Origin: Candidatus Aenigmatarchaeota archaeon
GTDB taxonomy: Archaea > Aenigmatarchaeota > Aenigmatarchaeia > QMZP01 > QMZT01
Assembly: GCA_016932735.1 (NCBI GenBank)
Contig: JAFGCI010000006.1
Location: 36,167-100,166, forward strand
Reading direction: 5' to 3'
Length of the DNA: 64,000 nt
Shown here: one piece after another, positions 57,022-64,000 of the stretch
How positions within the stretch are numbered: the first letter of the stretch is position 1
How the letters are laid out: every line of letters begins with the position of its first letter
Program-made: the position numbers and the translations under genes
The notes under the pieces: model-generated
Told to the model about the DNA's origin: nothing
The model's database searches: none
The model's input: only the letters and a program-made list of their open reading frames with translations

Positions 57022-58965
57022 ATGAAAAATATTATATGTTCATTGGCCGTTATGGCTGTATTGTTCGTTCTTATAATATCACCGGTACAGGCTTTCGAGC
57101 GTCCAACAGCAGTGCTTTCTGCAAGTCCGACAACTGTCTGCAAGGGCGAATCCGTCAGATTCTTCGGCGGAAGCTCATATGACCCGGACGGCTACGTCAG
57201 GCAGTACAGATACGAATACGGCGACGGAGAGACATCCGACTGGATATACGGTCTCGACTATTCAAGCCATACATTTGACAGCACAGGCACTTTTTATGTA
57301 AAATTAAGGGTAATGGACAACGAAGGCTATATGTCTGATTACAGCAATACAGTGACAGTCAGGGTTAATGACTGCGGCTCCACGGGCAACGGCCCTGAGA
57401 TAACTTCTTTATACATAACACCGAGCAATCCCGGAACATTTGAGGATATCAGCTGTGTGGCTGAATTCAGGGACACCAACTATTACGACCTCAGCCACAT
57501 CAACTTCAGATGGTACAGGAACGGTGTGATTATGTGGACACACACATATACTGCTTCCGGGAAAAACGGAGCAGAGGATTCAATTCCATCGCATCTGACA
57601 ACTTCAGGCGACACTCTTCGCTGCGAGGCAATTGTTTATGATTATCAGGGAAACTGGGACACTGAAACAAGAAGCGTCACTATCGGTTCCGGAGGAACAA
57701 GCGACAGCCCGTACGCAGACCTCAGGGCAGACCAGACTAACATCTGCGTAGGTGAATACGTCAAATTCGATGGCTCCCACTCTTATGATAACTCTGGATA
57801 CGTAAGGCAGTATTATTTCGACTTCGGAGACAATCTGAATTCGGCATGGCTTACCGACACTTCATTCACATACCATAAATACGACAGAGTCGGAACGTTC
57901 AATGCAAGACTTAAAGTCAAGGATAACAATTATCAGGAATCTGACTGGAGTAGCACATTGAGAATAAATGTAATGGATTGCAATGGTCAGAATACATGTA
58001 CGGGAAGCTGCTGCGGATGCGGTTATCAATGCGATTCATGCAGTACCTGCAATACATGTAATCAACCCACTCAGCCGACAACGTCCTGCGGAGTCCAGAT
58101 AACAGACTTCGACTTCCTCGCATCGGGAATGACAGGTAACCAGGTCTGGGCAAAGGCAACGGTCAAGAACACCGGCGAACAGACAGAATCGGTGACCCTT
58201 TATCTTTATGTAGATGACGTCCTTGAAGACCAGCAGTCTATGTCTTTGAACAAGGATAATTCCCAGACAAAGAAATTCTACTTTTATGTAGATGAGGCGG
58301 GAAGCAAGAATATCCGCATATCCGCATATGCGGCATGCGGCTCTTCAGACGAATCCGAAGGAACAATGACAATCAGGGAAGGGTTCATCCCGACGCCTGC
58401 ACCTGAACCGGATCCTCTAAGAGTAAATATATACCCGAAAAGAGTTGACATGAGCGCATGTGAGGGCGGTTCTGTTATTCTGGAGCTGAATTCCCCGGAT
58501 AAGAGGGAGTTCTATCTTGAAGTAACAGGAATCCGTGACGAGTGGATAGAATACCCGGAGAGCGTCATAGTCGACGGAAGCAAGAAGGCTTATGTATTCC
58601 TCAACCCGATGGAAGCAGGAACATATGAAGTCACAATAACTGCAAGCACCGGCGACAAGGAATTCTCGCAGATGATATACGTTTATGTCTCCCCGGAAGC
58701 AGGAGATTCCGGAAGCAAGGGGGACATCCTCTCGGGAATGTTCTCTGCCGGAGCCGGAAACTGGCTTTGGGGGTTGCTTATATTCATATTAATTGTTATA
58801 GTCATCGTGCTCTTCGTCTCAAACAGAAGGGTTGAAGAGCAGAGAGAAACAACTTACATAGGAGGCGATTATAACCAGCCATACTATGGCCAGAACGGCT
58901 ACCGTTACGACCAGTATGGAAACCCGTATCCTGAGTGGTATAATCAGCAAAGAAGCAGATATTAA
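57022..58965 (+). CDS. cell-surface protein with two PKD domains, Cys-rich linker and C-terminal TM anchor + Q/N/Y-rich tail
   Basis: Signal peptide. The PKD consensus occurs twice ('FFGGSSYDPDGYVRQYRYEYGDGETS...HTFDSTGTFYVKLRVMDNEG' and 'FDGSHSYDNSGYVRQYYFDFGDNLNS...HKYDRVGTFNARLKVKDN'). A 'CTGSCCGCGYQCDSCSTCNTCNQ' cluster follows. C-terminal TM 'WLWGLLIFILIVIVIVLFV' and tail 'YNQPYYGQNGYRYDQYGNPYPEWYNQQ'. Confidence 0.75.
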   Translation: MKNIICSLAVMAVLFVLIISPVQAFERPTAVLSASPTTVCKGESVRFFGGSSYDPDGYVRQYRYEYGDGETSDWIYGLDYSSHTFDSTGTFYVKLRVMDNEGYMSDYSNTVTVRVNDCGSTGNGPEITSLYITPSNPGTFEDISCVAEFRDTNYYDLSHINFRWYRNGVIMWTHTYTASGKNGAEDSIPSHLTTSGDTLRCEAIVYDYQGNWDTETRSVTIGSGGTSDSPYADLRADQTNICVGEYVKFDGSHSYDNSGYVRQYYFDFGDNLNSAWLTDTSFTYHKYDRVGTFNARLKVKDNNYQESDWSSTLRINVMDCNGQNTCTGSCCGCGYQCDSCSTCNTCNQPTQPTTSCGVQITDFDFLASGMTGNQVWAKATVKNTGEQTESVTLYLYVDDVLEDQQSMSLNKDNSQTKKFYFYVDEAGSKNIRISAYAACGSSDESEGTMTIREGFIPTPAPEPDPLRVNIYPKRVDMSACEGGSVILELNSPDKREFYLEVTGIRDEWIEYPESVIVDGSKKAYVFLNPMEAGTYEVTITASTGDKEFSQMIYVYVSPEAGDSGSKGDILSGMFSAGAGNWLWGLLIFILIVIVIVLFVSNRRVEEQRETTYIGGDYNQPYYGQNGYRYDQYGNPYPEWYNQQRSRY

Positions 58966-59096
58966 TAATCACCACTGGATAAAGAAAAGTTTAAATATCT
59001 AATCATTAAGAAAAGATATATTCACCAGTTGATGGGAAAAATTAGTGTAAAATAAAGGAGAGCGTGAAAAACGTAAGAGATTCGGAGGTAAAGATT

Positions 59097-61307
59097 ATGA
59101 AAGGAAAATACCTTTTTATTGGGATATTAATGGCGGTGCTTTTGGCAGCTAACATGTCAGCAGCATCTGCTGCAAGCATGGATATGGATGTTTATCCTTT
59201 ATCGACATCAGCATGTCCTTGCACGACCATTAGTGAAGTAAGAGTTTTCGTCACTAACCTTGGATCGGTTTCTGATACATATGACTTGTCATTGGTCCTT
59301 CCGGCAGGATGGGGAAAGGGCTTCATAGGAACTTACCAGGGCGGTCACATGCTGACGCTTGGCCCTCAGGAGACCAGCAAGGAAGGCGACATAACTGTAT
59401 ATATAACGCCTTCATGCACGGCAGAGGCCGGAATGAATGAGGCTAAGATCGTTGCAAAAAACGAGAGGACAGGCGAAGTCATTGAAAAGACTTTCATGAT
59501 CGAAATACTGACGTGCAGGGGAATCGGAATAACCGCTCCCAGCATGGACATGTGCGAAGGCGTTGCTGATTCATATACTTTCAGCGTCGGAAACGTGGGA
59601 AAAGTGGCTGAATCATTTGATGTCGCTGTCTCTGCACCATGGGGCGAACTGACAAGACAGTCAGTGACACTCGGCCCGAATGAGGCTCAGGATATCACAT
59701 TATTGCTTGACATTCCTGAAGAATATAAGGATGTCCAGAAACTTGACATAGAAGTGAAATCGCAGTCATCGTATGCAGAGGCAAAGAAAACGGTCGAGCT
59801 GAACGTCAGGGACTGCTACAAATTCACCGTTTACCCGGCAGACGCTGTCAAGAGCGTATGCATCGGCGACGAGGCAAGATTCGTCTTTGTTATTGAAAAT
59901 AATGGCCTTAAGGCAGACACCTACACAATCGCCACAAACGACAACGTAGAGGTCGACAAGGCCGTGGTTACAGTTGCTCCTCAGGGTCAGGAGAGCGTTA
60001 AAGTCACTGCTAAATCATTTGAGGCAGGGACAACCAGCTTCCAGATTGAGGTAGCCTCCGAAGAGAAGCCTGAACAGAAGCAGACTGTAAGAGGAAAGCT
60101 TAATGCAAAAGAGTGCAAGAGCGTGGCTGTAGTGCCTTCAGAAGGTGCTGAATCCGCACAGGCAGTCTGCTATGGAAAGCCTGCTCAGTTCCAGTTCAAA
60201 GTTCAGAACACAGGAACAATCTTTGCGGTATATGAGCTTTCATCAGACTTTGGAACTCTCAGCGAGACATCGGTCTCATTGGAGTCCGGAGAGAGCAAAA
60301 CAGTAACACTCACTGTTAATACAGCATCCGAAATGGAAATCGGCGATACAGCATACATAACAGTCAAAGCTGTTTCAGACACAGTCGAAAGCGAGCACAA
60401 CCTTGAGCTTACGGCAACAAACTGCTACGGCGCTTCGCTTGAAATAACTTCGGATGATGATGGCAGGCAGATATGTGTATGCGACAACGTTGATTATGTT
60501 GTCATAGTAAAGAACTCGGGCCAGCTTAAGGATGAATTTGAGCTCGAATTCCTTGGTGAAACAAAAACGTTCAGCCTTGAGCAGGGAGAACAGAAAGAGT
60601 TCTCATATGTATATGGAACTCTTGGAAAGGAGCCCGGAATGAAGGAATTCACAGCTGTACTGACATCCAAATACGTCACACTTCAGAAGACTGTAAACCT
60701 TAACGTTGAAGAGCTTGAAGCATGCTTTGATGTAGACATAAGCGTCAATGGCGTAGACCAGAAAAACATACAGAGCCAGACAATCCAGAACACAAAGAAG
60801 GTTGAAGTGTGTGACGGCATTTCCTTCTCGCTTTCAGTCAAGAATGTCGGAAGCAAGGCAGATTCATACATGGTGACCGCTGAAGGTCCTGAATGGGTCT
60901 TCCTCAGCGCGAACAATATAATCCTTGACGTAGGCGAGGAAAGGGAGATATACGTTTATGCAGCACCTGAATACGGAGCAGATCTTGGGGTTTACACTCT
61001 GAACGTAAAGGTCGAATCTCCAAAAGACGCAAAAGATGAGGTAGGTCTTGTAGTCAATGTCGTTGAAAGGGGTACAATAACCGAGATTCCGTCCGGGGCA
61101 GAGCCGCTGACAAACCAGACAGGCAATGTCACGAATGAGATAATCGGCGACATAACCACAGACAATGCGACATCGAACATAACAGTCAACATGACAATAC
61201 CTACAGGAGCATTCACCATAACAGAGGTAAGCGGAAGGGCTGCGATAATCGGGCTTATCGCCCTTGCAATCATTGCAATCCTAGTCATAAGATTCTTTGT
61301 CAAGTAG
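59097..61307 (+). CDS. large repeat-containing cell-surface (S-layer-like) protein with C-terminal TM anchor
   Basis: Signal peptide 'LFIGILMAVLLAANMSAASAAS'. At least 5 homologous modules of about 90 aa with recurring 'C.G(D/E)....(F/V).(V/I).N.G...D.Y.L' CARDB-like patterns. N-glycosylation-type N-x-T/S cluster near the C-terminus. TM 'AAIIGLIALAIIAILVI'. Start taken at the internal Met at 59097 (the ORF is open from 59064). Confidence 0.65.
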   Translation: MKGKYLFIGILMAVLLAANMSAASAASMDMDVYPLSTSACPCTTISEVRVFVTNLGSVSDTYDLSLVLPAGWGKGFIGTYQGGHMLTLGPQETSKEGDITVYITPSCTAEAGMNEAKIVAKNERTGEVIEKTFMIEILTCRGIGITAPSMDMCEGVADSYTFSVGNVGKVAESFDVAVSAPWGELTRQSVTLGPNEAQDITLLLDIPEEYKDVQKLDIEVKSQSSYAEAKKTVELNVRDCYKFTVYPADAVKSVCIGDEARFVFVIENNGLKADTYTIATNDNVEVDKAVVTVAPQGQESVKVTAKSFEAGTTSFQIEVASEEKPEQKQTVRGKLNAKECKSVAVVPSEGAESAQAVCYGKPAQFQFKVQNTGTIFAVYELSSDFGTLSETSVSLESGESKTVTLTVNTASEMEIGDTAYITVKAVSDTVESEHNLELTATNCYGASLEITSDDDGRQICVCDNVDYVVIVKNSGQLKDEFELEFLGETKTFSLEQGEQKEFSYVYGTLGKEPGMKEFTAVLTSKYVTLQKTVNLNVEELEACFDVDISVNGVDQKNIQSQTIQNTKKVEVCDGISFSLSVKNVGSKADSYMVTAEGPEWVFLSANNIILDVGEEREIYVYAAPEYGADLGVYTLNVKVESPKDAKDEVGLVVNVVERGTITEIPSGAEPLTNQTGNVTNEIIGDITTDNATSNITVNMTIPTGAFTITEVSGRAAIIGLIALAIIAILVIRFFVK

Positions 61308-61368
61308 GGTCACGCTCTAGATTTTCGAGCCACCAAAACCTTACTCATCTCATTCACCTTCCCGAAAG

Positions 61369-61857
61369 ATGAAGAATTATGACAGAAGAAGGGCGCTGAG
61401 TTTTTCTAAACTCCCCCCAACCCCGCCCTTCTTCATTTTCTTTATTTATTTGATATGGTTATCTGTGAGTTTAATGAAAAGAGAGAAAAAACAATCATAC
61501 ACGAGAGAAGGTTATTGTTTTCAGTTGATAGCAGACACGACAGGAGTAACGCACCTCAGAGTTTATGATGACGGGGAATACAAAGGCCCCATGAAAAGAG
61601 ACAGACCCGAAACGGAAGAATTCTTTTATCTGACACCAAAAAAAGCGGATTCCCAGCAGATAACAGGATTACCAGACTTATTAGAGGCACTGGTTGATAA
61701 ATTCAGCGAGCTGGATAATAGAATCTCAGAAGCGGGCGTTAAATTTCCTGTTGATTACACGGTAAATGCCATCCGAGGAAAGCGGATTTATTTCTCAAGT
61801 TCAGATGCCGGTTACATAGGAGCACTTTTCCGGTCGGCCAGAAAGGCGTTCCAGTAG
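61369..61857 (+). CDS. hypothetical protein (possible N-terminal TM helix)
   Basis: ORF; start uncertain (alternative Met at 61474). Confidence 0.35.
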   Translation: MKNYDRRRALSFSKLPPTPPFFIFFIYLIWLSVSLMKREKKQSYTREGYCFQLIADTTGVTHLRVYDDGEYKGPMKRDRPETEEFFYLTPKKADSQQITGLPDLLEALVDKFSELDNRISEAGVKFPVDYTVNAIRGKRIYFSSSDAGYIGALFRSARKAFQ

Positions 61858-61911
61858 GACAAAGCTATCCAATACCATCTTATTTAAGTTTAGGTTTCCA
61901 AACATTTCTTA

Positions 61912-64000
61912 ATGTCTGAGAAGATTCTTATCACGGCGGCTCTGCCTTATGCGAACGGGCCTATCCACTTAGGGCATCTTGTGGAGTACGTCCAGGCGGA
62001 TATTTTCAGCCGTTTTCTGAAGCTTAAAGGATATGACGCAATCTACTGCTGCGCCGACGACCAGCACGGAACTCCTATTGAAGTAAACGCTATGAAGCAG
62101 AAGATTACTCCTGAAGAGTTCATAAAGAGATGGCTAGAGCAGCACAAGACAGATTTTTCCGCATTTCACATCGATTTTGATAGTTATTATGAAACGAATA
62201 GCCCGGAGAACAAAAAGCATGCGGATTTCTTCTTTACGACACTCAAGGATAAGGGATTCATTCATACGAAAGAAGTAGACCAGCTCTACTGCGAGAACGA
62301 CAAGCGGTTCCTCCCGGACAGGTTCGTTAAGGGTGTCTGCCCCAAATGCGGAGCGGAAGACCAGTATGGCGACGTCTGCGAAGTGTGTGGAGCAAGCTAC
62401 AATGCGACCGAAATATCCCAGCCAAAATGCGTTATCTGCGGAAATTCTCCCGTGGTCAGGAAATCATCCCATTATTTTTTCAGGCTCGGGTCATTCTCTG
62501 AAAAGCTCAGGAAATGGCTTACTGAAAATCAGGAGATGCAGTCCGACATCAGGAACTATGTCTTAAGCTGGATAGACAAGGGTCTTGAGGACTGGTGCGT
62601 CTCAAGGGACGCTCCATATTTTGGCTTCAAAATACCGGGCGAAGCCGACAAATATTATTATGTGTGGCTTGATGCGCCTATCGGCTATATCTCAAGCACA
62701 GAGAATTACTGCAAAAAAAGAGGGATACAGCTTGATGATTACTGGAGAAAGAAGGATTCCAAGATATATCATTTCATAGGGAAGGACATCGCTTACTTCC
62801 ATTTTTTGTTCTGGCCTGCGATGCTCATGGGAACAGGCTTCAACCTTCCGCATAATATCATAGTCCATGGCTTCCTTACAGTCAACAAGGAGAAAATGTC
62901 CAAGTCAAGAGGAACTTTCATCAAGGCATCAGAATACATTGAAAGCGGACTTGACCCGGAGTTCCTTCGCTATCATTACGCTTCATCGCTCACGAAGAGC
63001 ACGGTCGACATCGACCTCAGCTTTGAGGATTTCCAGAGTCGTGTAAATACCGAGCTTGTCGGAAATATCGCAAACCTTGCTTACAGATGCCTTTCTTTCA
63101 CTTCCAAGAACTTTAACGGGAAACTCGGGAAAACACCTGCCGGCCCCGGCGAGAACGTCATAATAGAGCAGGTCAGAGACCTCAAGAGAAAGATTGACTC
63201 CGACTACATGAGCTGTGATTATCGTTCTGTTGTAAAGAGCATTCTTGAGGTCGGCGATATCGGGAACAAGTATTTCCAGGAGAACGCCCCATGGGAGCTA
63301 ATAAAAACCGATAAAACGCGATGCAGGGAAGTCCTTGCATTCACTGCAAACATTGTAAAGAACCTCGCAATCATGCTTCAGCCAATACTTCCGGACTTCT
63401 CGGACAGTCTGAGGAAACAGCTCGGAATACAGGGCTTCTTCGGATGGGAAGACATTAATTTCGACCTTGAAGAGCATCAGATAGGCGAGCCTGAAATCGT
63501 CTTGAGAAAGATTGAAGAGATTAATATTGGGCCTCCGAAAGAGGAGCCAGAGAAAGACGCTGACCCTTTCTCCAGACTGGACCTTCGCGTCGCTAAAATC
63601 GAGAAGGTGGAACAGCATCCGGATGCAGAGAAACTCTACATTGAGCAAATTGATGTCGGCGGAAAGAAGAGGCAGATTGTCTCCGGCCTGAAAGGCCACT
63701 ACAAGCCAAAGGAGCTTGAAGGGAAAAGGATTATTCTTGTCGCAAACCTCAAGCCTGCCAAATTAAGGGGCGTCGAAAGCGATGGAATGCTTCTTGCAGT
63801 TGAGTCCAAGGATAAGAAAGTCGGTCTCCTGACGTCGAAAGACGAGCCCGGCGAGCATGTCTTCATTGAAGGAATGAAGCAGAAGCCTGCGAAGGAAATT
63901 GACATAAAGGAATTCGCAGAGATGAAGATGCTTGTCAGCGAAGGAAAAGTACTTTACAAAGGAAAGATAATGAAGACGAAGAACGGCGAACTGACCGTCG
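61912..64000 (+). CDS. metG: methionyl-tRNA synthetase with C-terminal EMAP/Trbp111-like tRNA-binding domain, partial (continues past the window end)
   Basis: 'PYANGPIHLGHL' HIGH motif, 'KMSKS' ('EKMSKSRG'), Zn knuckle CPKCG/CEVCG, and a C-terminal 'LDLRVAKIEKVEQHPDAEKLYIEQIDVG' OB-fold domain. Confidence 0.9.
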   Translation, partial: MSEKILITAALPYANGPIHLGHLVEYVQADIFSRFLKLKGYDAIYCCADDQHGTPIEVNAMKQKITPEEFIKRWLEQHKTDFSAFHIDFDSYYETNSPENKKHADFFFTTLKDKGFIHTKEVDQLYCENDKRFLPDRFVKGVCPKCGAEDQYGDVCEVCGASYNATEISQPKCVICGNSPVVRKSSHYFFRLGSFSEKLRKWLTENQEMQSDIRNYVLSWIDKGLEDWCVSRDAPYFGFKIPGEADKYYYVWLDAPIGYISSTENYCKKRGIQLDDYWRKKDSKIYHFIGKDIAYFHFLFWPAMLMGTGFNLPHNIIVHGFLTVNKEKMSKSRGTFIKASEYIESGLDPEFLRYHYASSLTKSTVDIDLSFEDFQSRVNTELVGNIANLAYRCLSFTSKNFNGKLGKTPAGPGENVIIEQVRDLKRKIDSDYMSCDYRSVVKSILEVGDIGNKYFQENAPWELIKTDKTRCREVLAFTANIVKNLAIMLQPILPDFSDSLRKQLGIQGFFGWEDINFDLEEHQIGEPEIVLRKIEEINIGPPKEEPEKDADPFSRLDLRVAKIEKVEQHPDAEKLYIEQIDVGGKKRQIVSGLKGHYKPKELEGKRIILVANLKPAKLRGVESDGMLLAVESKDKKVGLLTSKDEPGEHVFIEGMKQKPAKEIDIKEFAEMKMLVSEGKVLYKGKIMKTKNGELTV

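Noticed and set aside
1-64000. CRISPR arrays, rRNA genes, transposases or integrases
   Set aside because: No regularly spaced direct repeats, no rRNA-like conserved stretches and no recombinase motifs were seen anywhere in the window.

Overview
This window looks like an archaeal chromosome segment of low-to-moderate GC, and three lines of evidence support that. The RNA polymerase operon is rpoH, then a split rpoB''/rpoB', then rpoA'/rpoA''. TBP, Cbf5, prefoldin, L32e, Lrp and thioredoxin-system genes are present, and two tRNA genes carry multiple introns. Most of the window is housekeeping: a CDC48 AAA ATPase, TsaC, the bacterial-type chaperones DnaK, DnaJ and GrpE (dispersed), a bacterial-type iPGM, IDI-2, MetRS, and an nrdR-nrdD-nrdG anaerobic RNR operon with tandem NrdR boxes. 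The operon has an unusual separately encoded NrdD glycyl-radical C-terminal piece. The stand-out region is an AT-rich accessory island of about 4.8 kb (about 16.65-21.46 kb) inserted between nrdG and an intron-rich tRNA-Lys. It holds two repeat-bounded cassettes. The first carries a Cys-rich lipoprotein, a small 2-3 TM protein translationally coupled to a ThsB-like TIR (DUF1863-type, 'FFSFHYEKD') protein, and a RelE-type toxin-antitoxin pair; it is bounded by perfect 14-nt inverted repeats containing G9/C9 homopolymers. The second carries a SHOCT-domain protein plus a HEPN-like (Rx4H) protein and is bounded by an 11-nt inverted repeat. I read the TIR + 2TM pair as a candidate minimal Thoeris-like or otherwise undescribed archaeal defence module. 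Other notable points are two tRNAs (Lys-CTT, Tyr-GTA) that each appear to carry three introns at identical positions (D-loop 20/21, canonical 37/38, T-loop 59/60), atypical low-complexity tails on TBP, RpoH and RpoA'', a triple palindromic TATA repeat upstream of tbp, and several Cys-rich or PKD-containing surface proteins. No CRISPR array, rRNA or obvious transposase was seen.
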